A DNA stretch of 64,000 nt, taken from positions 2,666,001-2,730,000 of the forward strand of contig CM007991.1 of the NCBI GenBank assembly GCA_002189035.1, given 5' to 3'. Shown here piece after piece: positions 40,776 through 53,990 of this stretch. The stretch's first letter is position 1. The number at the start of each line of letters is the position of its first letter. The notes beneath the pieces were generated by a model. It made no database searches. It was not told the origin of the DNA and was given only the letters and a program-made list of their open reading frames with translations. Position numbers and translations under genes: made by a program. Origin of the DNA: Utricularia gibba. Its lineage: Eukaryota > Plantae > Magnoliophyta.

Positions 40776-42172
40776 CTAACAAACAAACCTAGAGCTTTGG
40801 GTGGCAACGAGGAGCTTCAACTCGCTCAAATGTTCATCATTTGAAATATGAAGCGCCATTCGAAGATCAGTCAATAGCATTTCCTGTTCCCAAGTTAAAG
40901 GACCAGAAACATATAAAGCCTGTAGAGTGCTGCGATAAGCATGCAGCTCTAACCAATGTATACTCACCTCCAACGCCTCGTTTGGAGGCAAAGCATTTTC
41001 ACTCGCACATTCCGAGCCAATGTGTGACTCTGCATCACTACAAATGGCATCGGCATCTACACCTCTGCCTGTGCCCATTGTAATGATAGGGCGATCGTTA
41101 CAGCTGGTCAAGCCCTTGCTGTTAATGCTACAGCTACCAACTGAAGAACAAGTATCATTGTCATCACAACAATACTGAAAGCTTCTGACACCAGAGCTGG
41201 GAATATGAGTAGGTTTTGTCCTCACCCTTTGATCATATCTATCAGATTTAATGTTAATGGAAGCATGCATGCTCTTTTCGGCCAATAATTCTCTTGGGTA
41301 AGGAACAACATGTACCTTTATGGGCTTCACTGTAACAGCCACCTTCTTGTTGAACCCTTGTTTCTCAACCATTCTTACTTTCTCTACATGTTGGGACTCA
41401 AGATCTACAGTGGAAGGATCAAAGGGTGACATCCTTTTACGGGATCCGAGAGAGATCTCAGTAGGTCTCCACTGTGAAGCATCATCGTAAATGCTCTTGA
41501 ATTCATCTGTGGCTAGATTCTTTGAATTGATCTGTGGCTTCTTTAAGTTCTTTTCTTGATGGCGGGGCACCTTACTTGCTGTCAAATGACTAGCTGCTCC
41601 AAAATTCTGCAAAAGAGAAAAACTTGTACATCATTGATAGCCAATTCACGATTAGTCTCTTTCAGGATGTGAAATGGGAAAAAAAAGGTGTTTATTAATG
41701 GAAATTTAAATGAAAACACATACCTTTCCCATTATAATCCAATGTCCATCATGCCAGGTTCTCCTCGCTCTGATACTCGATAAGCCAACAACTAATTGTT
41801 GCGAGGACCCAAGTAACCTTACTACGTATTGAGATCGCGAGGGGTTGGCCTGCTTATCAGCCTTGATCCTTCTATTATCTCTTTGAACTCGGATAATACT
41901 TATAACAGCAGCAACCTTCCAGAAATTGTCATGTAAAACCTCAACAACATCTCCAACCTCCAAACTGTCAAATGTTGGTGCAATAGGAGGACGTGGCCTA
42001 ACAGAATCCCATGACACACACTCGATAACTTGGTCAGTTGTTCTACCATGAGAGAAATCATACTGCACAGTGTACGTATGACCACGAGAAGACAGTATCT
42101 CAGCAGAATGCCACGAAAAAGGCGCCTCCTGATCATTCATAACCTCCACTTTGTCCCTTTTTTGAATATCAT
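40776..42172 (-). CDS. Agenet (plant Tudor-like) and ENT domain protein, 2 coding exons
   Basis: MIFKKGT(K)VEV...SWHSAEIL...GHTYTVQY...VRPRPP...VGDVVEVLHDNFWK Agenet; IHWLELHAYRSTLQALYVSGPLTWEQEMLLTDLRMALHISNDEHL ENT. Apparent -1 at 42150-42152. Confidence 0.88.
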
Positions 42173-43226
42173 CCTTAGCAATCCTCTTTGACCAATATCA
42201 GTAGATATCCTGAAAAAAAAAATAACGATAGAGTATAAAAATCGAGATTCATGAACAAGCAGCGTTTCCAAAAGAAGATCATCAAGAAGGCTGCAATCAA
42301 ACTGATGGGTTATCTCCAGAAATCAAACAATTTTTGATTTTTGAGAAAATATTCATAACACACGGATCAACATCCGCGGATGCACGATAAAATCCACGAG
42401 GTTTAAACAGAAAATTCTCGATCAACGATAAGTTTCATCTACTGCGACAGGATGACGAAAGAAGAAGAAACCGACCTGTATCTCCAAAATCAAAAACAAA
42501 AATCGAGCAACCACAGTGCCAATTAGGTGACTCCAGTTCCGGAAGTTGATCGAAAGACACAATCAAATTCGCCCTTTCAGAGATCTAGGGTTGGTTCCTT
42601 TCAATTTGGCTAAAGAAAAGTTCCCTTTGAATAATTTTGAAACAGAAGAGAACCGTATGAAATTACTCTTCGAGCGCACGTGTTTAGAGGTAGCCTGTTA
42701 GGCACGATCACGTAATGTGTTTTCTTTATATTTTGTAAAATAGTAATCATATTTTTAATATAAAACAAATATTTCATATATCCAAAGATAATTCACAAAA
42801 TTACAACATAATATTATATTATAAAATCGGATTTCAAAATAGAATATAAAATCGACCAAGTATTAAATAATAAATATACACGCATTGAATCTCATTATGT
42901 TGAAAGATCCCTTAGCTGACACCTGTTTGGGAAGCCACTCTGTGTCCAAAGCTCTTGTTGGAAGAAAAACTAACTGTTCCAAGCACAGAAGACATATGCA
43001 GCATCCCTGTAATGGAATGGTGAACATTTCCAACGAGGTGGCTAGCTCGGATTCAACAAGGGCCTTTTGTTCACATTCTAAAGAATCAAAACTGGAGAAT
43101 GCAGAGCACGACTAAAGAACAGCATTAGTGAAATCCAGCTTACCTGCGAATGGAGTGGAGTGTTCGAGTAGCGGGGATTGGGCTGATTAGCTGTGGAGGG
43201 AAATCTAAAGACTTGCTACCTGAGGG

Positions 43227-44504
43227 TCATTCCAGAGCTATGGCATCGTCTTCCAACTCTACAGGCTGAAAAGGCCCTTGACACCATTTTTGGTGTCACC
43301 AAGTAACTCACTGGCTGCCTTTTCGAGAAACTCCTGAGCAGCAGCGCGGATGGATTTATTCTCTGACGGCTGGTACTTTCTTTTCTTTCCGTGACTTCTC
43401 TCCAGATACTTGTGTTGGGATCCTTCTCCACAGCTAATTTCCCTCATCCTTTGCCTCTGCACTGCAAAACTAGTTAATAGTTCAATGGATCATATTATGG
43501 TTAGATCAATCCAGTCCAGATTAATCAGCCTATACCATGGGAAAGATGTGGCAAAGAATGCCCTATAACGCGTGCTGCTGCCGGGTATTGACCGCTACTG
43601 AAGGTCTCAAGGGTGCTGAAGAAAGAAAAACCAACTCTTACCACCAACTGTTGCTCCAAGTTTTCTTAAATAATATGCGAAAATCTTGACAGCCAAACCT
43701 CTGCTCAAATCCGTGCAGCGCTGAAGTTTCTCTTGATACATACTTAACCTCTCCTAGACACCACAACACACCAACATTAAACGCATCAATTGGACCTCTT
43801 ATCCTGATCAAAGGTATCTGAAAACAATTTTATGTAATCTAAAGCAAAATTAAATGCCACTTTGGTTTGTTTTAACTGGTCATCCAAGTCCCATCAACTG
43901 AATTAACCCAGAAAGGTAGAGAACCATGCAAAAGAAATATCATATTTTCTTGAAACCTAAGTCCAACTCTAATCGTATTCAAACAAAGTTCAGGGCGTGA
44001 AAACTTAAGCATTGAGTGAACATTAACAGAGAGATCTACGCACCAGCTCCTTCTTGATAGGATGGTCATCTAGATTTACACCCTTGCATCTCAACCTCAC
44101 TGCAAAACAGCCAGATATGAAGCATAAAAAACGTCGCGTACTCTATAGACAACGAATTTGTCCCTCACCACGTCAAAGAGAGAATGAGAAAACAAGAACC
44201 ATCAAAACTAGGAATTTTAATACTGCTAACAACGGAGCATCCCCAAATTTCAGCTGAATTGGCATGCAAGTGCAACCACAAACTCAAGCTTACACGCAAA
44301 AAGAGTCGTGGTTGCAACAGAAATCGAGCATAACGCGCGTGCCCTTTCCAGAGGCTCCATCTCTGCAAGTGTTTCTGTATCGCAATACGGCAACAACTCT
44401 TCCAAATTCGCCTTCACTTCATCGATGTTGCTTGATGTTCTCTTCACCGCTTCCATCACAGACTCCGGTACCAGATTGCCGCCGCGATTACCTGCGTCCT
44501 CCAT
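43227..44504 (-). CDS. RRP47: RRP47/C1D nuclear exosome cofactor (Sas10/Utp3/C1D family), 5 exons
   Basis: PESVMEAVKRT; LRCKGVNLDDHPIKKELERLSMYQEKLQR; KKRKY...SIRAAAQEFLEKAASEL. Two apparent -1 sites at 43581-43582 and 43269-43274. Confidence 0.88.
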
Positions 44505-45450
44505 CTTGAGAATCCGCAGCCGGGGAACAGAAACATGAGCAAGCAGACAAATGAAACGTAATAATTAATTTAATTGGGTAATTAAGTGCGTAATTAGTAT
44601 CAAACTAATCAAGCGCACTGCTATTTACCATTAGACTCCTTACTTTTTTAATCCTTAATTAAAAATAATTAAAAGAAGCGTAATCCCGTTTTATATTCTC
44701 ATTAGATTCGTCAATGTCATGTACGGAAGCTACAAGGGTAGCCTCGTCATTACATGTCAACTCCTCTAACTTGGGAGCTCCAGTCCAAAAATGCATTCTC
44801 CCGCAGTAGAAAGGGAGATCCAGAGGGGGAATTTGCATAAAACCAGGGACTCAATCCTGAATAATACGAAAGTAGTTGGAGACTCGAGGGATCGGATTTG
44901 AGGGTATTTATGTCTTTTCCACATGTTCATCGTCCGACGAAAAGGAATTTGGGAAAAATTGAGGGGCTTAAAAGCTATTTCCCTTTTCTTGTTCCTGCTT
45001 CAGGCTCACGAATCCCAACCTCGGTATGCATCGAAGAACAGAGAACGGGCGCCGACTCATGGTGTTTACGAGAATTGGTGTTCATTGAGGGAGAAGGGGC
45101 AAGTGTTGCTGTCGTTCTTCTGGGGATCTTTGAAGTAATCCGTTGTCAGAAGGCTGAGAGATACACACTTTATTCAGTAAACGTAAGTGTTGGTGCTTTT
45201 TTTCGTTCATCATTTTCTGGATGCGATAATTCTTTTACCTTTTTACGAAGCTTTTGCTTTCTTGATGCTTTCCCTTTTTTCACACTTTCTTGATACAGGT
45301 TTCTCTTCTCCAATTCGTTGTAGAAACATCTTGAAATTGGTGTTTCTGGTTCCTCCCTGTTACGGGAGAGGTGGATCGGATTCTGAGTAGCTGGGAAAAC
45401 AGAGGGAGCGCTTATTCAAAAGTTGTATTCGCTGTGACTAGACTAGAGGC

Positions 45451-48400
45451 ATGTCTCAGACCAACTGGGAAGCGGATAAGATGTAAGATTTCTGTCATAC
45501 TTACTTTCTTTCATTTCATTTTTTTGAAGAGACGCTACCAGTTTGGCATTACCCATTACGTTGCTTGTTGGGTCGGGTTCTTGTGGAAAATTGGTACTAG
45601 TTCCAATTTTCGATTACTAAATTTAGATACTGGGTTGAAGTAAATGATGAGTCTTAGTGATATATTCTGTCAATGGTTTTGGAACGCGTAAGTAAATGTT
45701 TCGATCTGAGGGTATGAAAGTGGCACTGAATGGTAAAGTTGGAAATTGTAGGCGTCCGGAGTGACAGGTTCGAATGCTCGATGAGTGTGTGTATTGGTGC
45801 GTAGGTATTGTTGGACTGTTAAACGCGAATCTTCTGATCTCGTTTTGTTCTCTCTATTCTGCTACTTGGTGTGTGTCGTATTCTTGTTTTACTTTGTTCT
45901 GCGTTTTTGTATTGATTTCCGTGTTTTTTTTTTCATCTTTATGTTTTAGGTTGGATGTCTATATTCATGACTATCTTGTTAAGAGAGATTTGAAGGCCTC
46001 TGCTCAAGCTTTCCTTTCCGAGGCGAAAGTATCATCAGACCCCGTTGGTGAGCATTCAAAATGAAAATGCGTTCAGGGATGTTAATGCTACATCTTGAAG
46101 TTCTCTTTTTTTCGTACACTTTCAGCTATTGATGCTCCTGGTGGTTTCCTCTTTGAATGGTGGTCAGTCTTTTGGGATATATTTATTGCTAGAACCAATG
46201 AAAAACACTCGGAGGTTGCTGCATCTTATATAGAGGTTGGATCCTAATGTTTGATCTGAAATTTTACGACTTCAAAGATAGCTTGTACTCTATGTTGTCA
46301 CCGTTGTTGATGAACTGGATGCTATCACTATGATCGTTATACTTGAAAAAATCATCTAACCATTCTGAAGAATAAACAGACCCAGATAAGGAAAGCAAGA
46401 GAGCAACAGCAACAACAGCCGCAATCTCAGCAGCCGCAAAACCCACAGCAGCAGCAAATTATACAACAGCTTATATTGCAGAGGCAGGCCCAACAGCAGC
46501 AGCAACAGCATCTACAACAGCAGCAACAACAACAACAGCTGCAGCAGCAGCAGAGGGAGAGTGGGCACCTCTTGAATGGTTCAGCTAATGGAACGGCTGG
46601 AAATGGTCCTCTTATAAGGCAGAATTCGGGAACAGCAAATACTTTAACAACTGAAATGTATGAGAAGAAGTTAAAACTCCCTGTGCAAGGGGACTCTTTG
46701 GAAGATGCAACTCTAAAGGTATCTATTACATGATGGAGCAGTGTACGGAAAACCTTTGTCTCGTGATGATGTTACTCATTTCGTTTGCAGAAGTTTGGTG
46801 ACAATGTGGGCCAGATTTTGGATCCTACTCAAGCTTCAATGTTGAAGGCAGCAGCAACAGCAAGTCAGTCCTCCGGGTAAAAATTGCTTTGCTTACTTTT
46901 TTAATGCTATCTTTATTCTTCTATATTTTCGTACATCTTCAGTGATCTAAGCGAGATTGGTTATTGAAAATGCCCACGTGGATGCCAAGGGAGCATCACA
47001 ATAGCGATTGAAGAAACTTTTGTAGTTATTTGATGAATGTCTCTGAACTCACTTCAACTTCCAGGCAAGTGCTGCATGGTGCGGCTGGTGGAATGTCTCA
47101 CCATATCCAAGCTAGGAATCAGCCATTTCAAGGATCTACACTGGTCAACGTTTTATTTGTTTTCTGAGATAATATTATATCTGAAGATTCATTTAATGTA
47201 TATAATATTTACTTTTTATTACCAGGATATCAAGCCTGACATAAATTCTATGTTGAGCCCCAGGGCTGCTCCTCCTGAAGCATCACTGATTGGCATGCCT
47301 GGTTCATTTCTTATCTTTACATTTGCTGTAATTTTTCACTTATTTTCCACACGCGAATAATTATGTTTTTAGTTAATGTTGTTGCTTCGATTATGGAAGG
47401 GAGTGTCCCTTTTTTATTATTGTTGTTCATTATTTCCTAATCTTCTATAAACGATGACTTGTTGATGCAGGTTCAAATCAAGGTGGGAATAATTTGACCT
47501 TGAAAGGCTGGCCACTAACGGTGAGCTGAGAATGTCTTCTACAAACCCTTGGATTTTAATTCAGTATTGTTTTCCTAGATTCTAAATGGCAATGATACAT
47601 GCTTTATACTCTTAGGTCACTTTATTTTTCTCGAAAATTTAGTATCTGATAGAAGCATTTAGAAAGTGTTTTGATACGTGATAGAATATTCCAGTGTTTG
47701 AGGATGTTTTTATCCAGTTTTCTCTTTTCCATGACAATGCTGTCCTTAACTTGGTAGCAAATTGACCAATTCCACTCCGGTCTTTTCCAGCAGCCCAAGC
47801 CCTTTATGCAGAATCAGCCATTTCATCAATTACAGATGCTGACACCTCAACAGCAACAACTTTTGCTTGCTCAACAGAACTCAACCTCACTGTCTGCCAA
47901 TGATTTAGATAGCAAACGGATAAGGACGCTTCTCAACAGTCGAAGTTTTTCAATGGGCAGAGACAGCATGGCTAATTCTGCTGGTGATATGATTCCCAAC
48001 ATGGGATCATCTTTGCAAGGTGGCTGCAATGTTGGGCCCCGTCCAGATCCTGATATGTTAATGAAGGTGCAGTTCGATTTTGTTATCAAAACTACATCTT
48101 TACACTTCTTGTGCTGTAAAATTGATGATCTGAGTTGTTTTGTAGCTGAAAATAGCGCAATTACAACAGCAGCAGCAGCTACAACAACAGGGCAATAACC
48201 AATCACAGCAACAACAGCTTCAGCAACAGCCGCTTTCTAGTCAGCAACTACAGGGCTCAAATCAGAATCTACATGAGGATAAAGCTATAGCAGCTGGAAG
48301 TAATGCTGGAGATGGTAGCATTATGTCAAATTCTTTCCGTGGAAATGAACAGGTTCTTTTCTGCACCTTCCTGTTCCTGCGTTCTGAAGATTTATCTAGT

Positions 48401-50250
48401 TATCTTGGCCAAAAAGTGAACTTAGTCATGCTCATATGTTTAAGGGCTCAAAGAACCAGAATGCCAGGAAACGGAAACAGAATGTTTCCTGCTCTGGTCC
48501 AGCGAACAGTTCAGGAACCGCAAATACATCTGGCCCTTCTCCAAGTTCCGCCCCTTCAACCCCCTCAACTCATACCCCTGCAGATGTCATGTCGATGACC
48601 TCTTTAGCACAGGGTGCCTGTTCTTCAAAGCCAATGAGAATGTTTGCACCTGACAATGCTGCTGGCACCATGACGTCATCCACGAATCAACCGGTATCAT
48701 AAGCTATATCTTTTTGCTTTTACGCATTAGTTTTGCTTTTAAGAACCTCTCTTTCTACGAGAATGGCATTCTGGGCAGTGGAGCGACAAGGATCTTGTGC
48801 AAACTGGTATGGATCGTTTCACAGATGATGTTGAGGATAATGTAGAGTCATTTTTGTCGCATGATGACACCGATCCCCAAGATGCTGCTGGTCGCGCCAT
48901 GGATGCTGGCAAAGGCATACCATTAAACTATACTCTCAGTTTCATACAACTTGATGATTTAGCATAAAGTTTTGCAGCATGATCTGATTTCACATGCTGT
49001 TTAGGTATAACCTTTTCGGAAGTATATTCAGTCCGGGCAAGCCCAAGTAAACTCATGTGTTGTCATTTCTCATCGGATGGGAAGCTCCTTGCTAGTGGTG
49101 GCCATGACAAGAAGGTCATATTCTTTTCATAGTTCCAACTACACTCAATACGACAGACAGAGGATCCATCCTCCGATTTTGCAGGCTGTTTTATGGTATA
49201 CTGATGGTTTGAAGCAAAAAAACACTCTTGAGGAGCATGGCTCGTACATCACAGATGTTCGTTTCAGTCCCAGTATGGCTCGCCTTGCCACATCCTCATT
49301 TGACAAGACAGTCAAAGTCTGGGACCCCGAAAATGTCAGTGTGTTTTTTGGTCTAGCATTTGTGTGCAATGTCCCATCCTACTGTGAACTAAGATATGTC
49401 TTCCCCATTTTGCACAGCCTGGGTACTCACTTCGTTCGTTTGTTGGGCACAACGGTGGCATCATGTCATTGGACTTCCATCCAAACAAGGATGATCTCAT
49501 TTGCTCGTGTGACGCTGATGGGGAGATACGATACTGGAGCATCACCGATGGCCTGGCCGGAGTTTTCAAGGTCTGAGCTTTGCAACTCAAACAAAAAGTT
49601 TTCAAAGTCTCGAGTTCTCCCATCTGTTTGGTCATGACAGGGCGGTTGGGCGCAAGTGAGGTTCCAGCCTCGACATGGACGATACCTGGCTGCAGCTGGG
49701 GAGAACACAGTCTCGATATATGATGCTGATACACGGACCTGTCACCTTTCATTGAAGGTTTGGTTCTCGCTGATCGCATGTTTGAATAAGAGGGAAGTCT
49801 CCTTCACTAATGCTTGTGTTGCCTCAGAGCCACACGAAGCCGATCCGTTGCATCTGTTGGGACCAATCCGGAGAGCTCTTGGCGTCTCTCAGTGAGGACT
49901 CAGTCAAGGTGTGGACACTGAGATCAGGAAACGGGGATTGTGTTCATGAGCTTAGCTGCAGCAATGGCAACAAGTTCCAGTCATGCGTCTTCCATCCCAC
50001 TTACTCCCCAGTTCTGATCATTGGGTGTTACCAGGCAACAACTCATCTGCTGGTTTCTTTAGTCTTTCTCCTCCCCTTTCTGAACTCATGTTGTATGATC
50101 ATCCAGTCACTGGAGCTCTGGAACATGAATGAGAGCAAGACGATGACTCTACCTGCACACGAAGGACTGATCTCCTCACTGGCTGCTTCAACTGCGACGG
50201 GGCTGGTTGCATCCGCCAGCCATGACAAAGTAGTAAAGCTCTGGAAATGA
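45451..50250 (+). CDS. LUG: Groucho/Tup1-type corepressor LEUNIG (LisH/LUFS, polyQ, WD40)
   Basis: [32 protein letters not shown]; [37 protein letters not shown]; Q-rich middle; [18 protein letters not shown]; ends [13 protein letters not shown]. Confidence 0.96.
46395..46555 (+). repeat. CAG/CAA trinucleotide repeats encoding LUG polyglutamine
   Basis: Runs of cagcaa/cagcag in the LUG reading frame. Confidence 0.9.
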
Positions 50251-50539
50251 GTGCTGTGTAAATAAATTGGGGGAACATGGGCTGTTAGCGTTCGCCGGCG
50301 ATCTCCATTGATATCTTTCTTTCCTGAACTGTAAAGTCTTTTAGCCGCGAAGGCAGTTCAGGTCACTAGGAAATCTGCAGCAATCCTGAACAACGTATAT
50401 GTGAATTGCCATTTTACTATTTGGTCATCCATGATCCAAAATCACGCTAAAAACAAGATGAATCCAAACTGAAGTTGCAGGGGAACAGTTTGTTCAAATA
50501 AGATAATAGCTGCATGGCGTAGTCTGATAAACATAAACC

Positions 50540-53500
50540 TCATCGCCTTCGCATTCCACGACCCCGACCACGGAATCCACCAGGACCTCTACCCATGGAA
50601 CGAGCTGCAGCTTCTCCTTGTGCACTCTCAGACTGTTGATGATGTAGATTGACCACGTGAAAAACAGGGTTCCAGGATGTAAAACTGACTGGGGATAGTC
50701 ATGATAGGGAGAGATACACAGTTACCTTGGGGTTTTTGACAGTTTCGTCAACACTCAAAACAAGGCACGCAGCTTCAGTGGCTGCGTTTATGGCGTTAAT
50801 CTGAAGAAATAACGGGTATGTAAGAAAATGGGGATGGTTAAGGCAATAGCTAGATTGCATGATACCTTAACAACCGCTGGCTCCCAGACAAAGTTAGCAA
50901 ATGAATCGGCAATGCCACCAGTATTTATGTCCACTCCATAATTCGCACCTTCGCCTGTAGGTAAAGGTACGCCAATCTTAGTAACCTTGTATATTAACAA
51001 CATTTGAAAATGATCACAGGAAAACAAATTGATCTACACGTGGTGGTTCTGTTAAGACAAAATCAAAACACTTAGACTGCAAAAGCAGTTAGCATATTAT
51101 CAACTCTTACCAGATGGAAGGGCGTGCTTTTGTCTCAGCTTATTTAGGACATCAGTAGCATCAAAACCAGCATTGTCACATAGTTGCCGTGGAATCACCT
51201 GAAAAGTAAGAACGCAGAAGAATTAGGTGTCCCAGAAAAATTCAATGTGATTGATTTCCATGCGAATTCTTAAGAACATGTTACAAAAACTGGATTGTCC
51301 CCAAGATAAAAGTGGGTATATGCGAACATCTTGAAAAAATTACCTCAAGTGATTTTGCATATGAATTTATGAAGAGCTGGGACTTTCCAGCAATGGTCCG
51401 CGAATGCTGCCTCAAGTACCGGCTTATCTCCATCTAAAAATAAATCCTTTTAAGATCAAGCTGCAACGTGGAACATCTGAACATGAAGATTTTGAAAAGA
51501 AAAAAAAGATTCGCACATCAATAGCACCACCACCGGCAACAACAGTAGAGTTCTTCAACGCTCTCCTAACAATCATAATAGCATCATGCAGACTTCTCTC
51601 TGCCTCCTCGATGAACTATAATCATGAAGAAAAAACTGTAAAAATTTGTTCCTAAGGTGAAAAAACAGAACAGAAAATAGAGTTCAATACAAAGACAATA
51701 AAGAACCTGATCCGCTCCACCACGAAGTACAATTGTAGCAGTACGTCCAGATGGGCAGCCACTAAATATATTAAACCTCTCGTTTCCAACTTGCCTCTCT
51801 TCAAATACATCACAAGACCCAAGAACCTTTCACGTAGAGATGAATTTCGGACGCTCACGTTCATCATATTTGTTAAAAACTTCCATATGGAACTCAAGGA
51901 ACCTATCAAATCAAGAGATTAATACCTCTTCAACTACATTGTTCACTGTTGTTTGCACAGTACCACCAGTAGCTGCTGCAACTCGATGCAGATCCTCTTC
52001 AGTGACACGTCCAGCACAAAATATATCACGATCTGCAAAATACTACAAATGCCACAATAGCCTCAGTCAGAGGGTTCATTCCTTTATATTTTTTCACATG
52101 CCCAATTACAGGAAGTGTATCTAATTTGCAATAGGACAACGAGAAAATTGAATGACAGAATAAGCGAATTAAACCATGTGCAACAACAAATGCAAAAGAA
52201 GCACCTGAGTTGCCAGGTCACCAATAGCAAGTCGTGACAGAACAACCTTCGCTCCACTATTAACACATTTATCTAACTTATCATAAATTATATTCCATTC
52301 CGCATCAACAATGGACTGATACTGCAATGGATCTGACAACCTGTGATAATGCAATTAATTACTATAAGAAACAACTCGTAGAGAAGCAGCAAAACACCGT
52401 GAAAAACACTTGGAATGTGATATGATGTTACTGTATCTAACCGAATCTCTGCATTTTCTTTCTCTGATTTTAACTCGAGTTCAATATTGAGCAGAAGTAT
52501 CTTGGGGCTCAAGAATTTTTTAGGTTGTTGCTCAAATCCAGCATACGAAAATGTCTTTTTGAATGCAACGCCATTCACAAGAAAAGAATCCCTCATGGTG
52601 CCACCAGGAACCTGCATACCCATAGAGCAACAGCAGCTGGTTTAGAAAGATGAGGTATGAATGTGAAATGGAGTGTAGACAAGCCAAAGACAACAAGAAT
52701 ACCTTCTTAATTCCAATCATGTTTAACCTATCGTCATTACCAATAGCAAGAACTGCATCTACAACCATGGTTGAAAAGAACTCCTTCTCTCCACCAATTA
52801 GCTTTGAAGATAATGTAGTTGCAGCACATTTGGCCAGCAAACTTTTCTTTTCTTCCAAACTTTTCCCCTCTATGGTAACAGCTATTTCCTTGATCTTCTC
52901 TATGGCCTGTTATTATGACATAGCAAAAAATGTAATAGTCCTAGAACAGACATAGCTCTAAAAATGATCTACCAAGCGTGACGCTGTTCGGTAGCTTCTT
53001 ATGAGGTTTTGAGGGTGGACTCCATCTTCAATAAATGGCTTTGCTTCCTTAAGGAATTCTCCAGCAAGCAGAACAACTGTAGTAGTCCCGTCACCAACCT
53101 GAAAAAAGAACAAACAGCTGATTTTTTAATTTTCATAAATGGAGAAGCAATCATTCCAAACAAGAAAACCTCAAAAGTTCGTTTTTTTTAAGATTAAAGA
53201 ATCAAACTAGACTACATCAAGTACTACCCTATGTTGATCCAAGGGAATACCAACAGATCAAAATTCTTAAAAAGCTAACACACCTCAGAATCTTGGGATT
53301 TGGCTATATCGACAAGAATCTTTGCAGCGGGATGGACAATGTCAAGAAGCTTCATGATAGTTGCACCATCATTTGAAATTGTAGTATTACCCTTCTCATC
53401 ATGAATCAACTTATCCATCCCCCGGGGGCCAAGAGTAGTTCGGACAACATCAGCAACAGCCACACAGGCATTTATATTACTCACCAACTGCGCTTTCCCT

Positions 53501-53990
53501 TGGGATGTGTCTGTGCCTTCTTTGAGCAATATGATTTGCGGTTGCTATTTTCAGAAGGATTCAACAAAAGAAAAAAAAAAACGCCATTTGATTCAGCATC
53601 CAGAAAAATATTAATAAAAAATAAGTGAACAAGAACCATCATGTAATGAAAAAAAAGGCCCAAAAAGTTGTCAATAGCACTGACTCCGTGAATTCCAGCT
53701 ACCCATTCTCATATTTCTTTACCTTAGATGGGCTTCGCAACTTCGTAGTAGAAAGACTACGCTGGTAACGATTGAAACCAGTAATGCTGCGCACCCCAAG
53801 TATCTTAAACTTTAAATATACTAAGAATAACTACCAGCTATTCCAATAGATCCCAAAATCAAAATGGATCGAGAAGCCAAAATTCCATTCATATGTTTAA
53901 CGCGGCGTCAAAGAAACCCCATCCCATGGAGACCAAAATACAGAACACGGAAATATGCAGAGAGATCGAGCTCACCAGCATGGCTGCCAT
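50540..53990 (-). CDS. CCT7: T-complex protein 1 subunit eta (cytosolic chaperonin)
   Basis: MAAML|[27 protein letters not shown]; [11 protein letters not shown]; ISNDGATI; VGDGTTTV; [20 protein letters not shown]; C-terminus GRGRGMRRR*. Confidence 0.96.
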
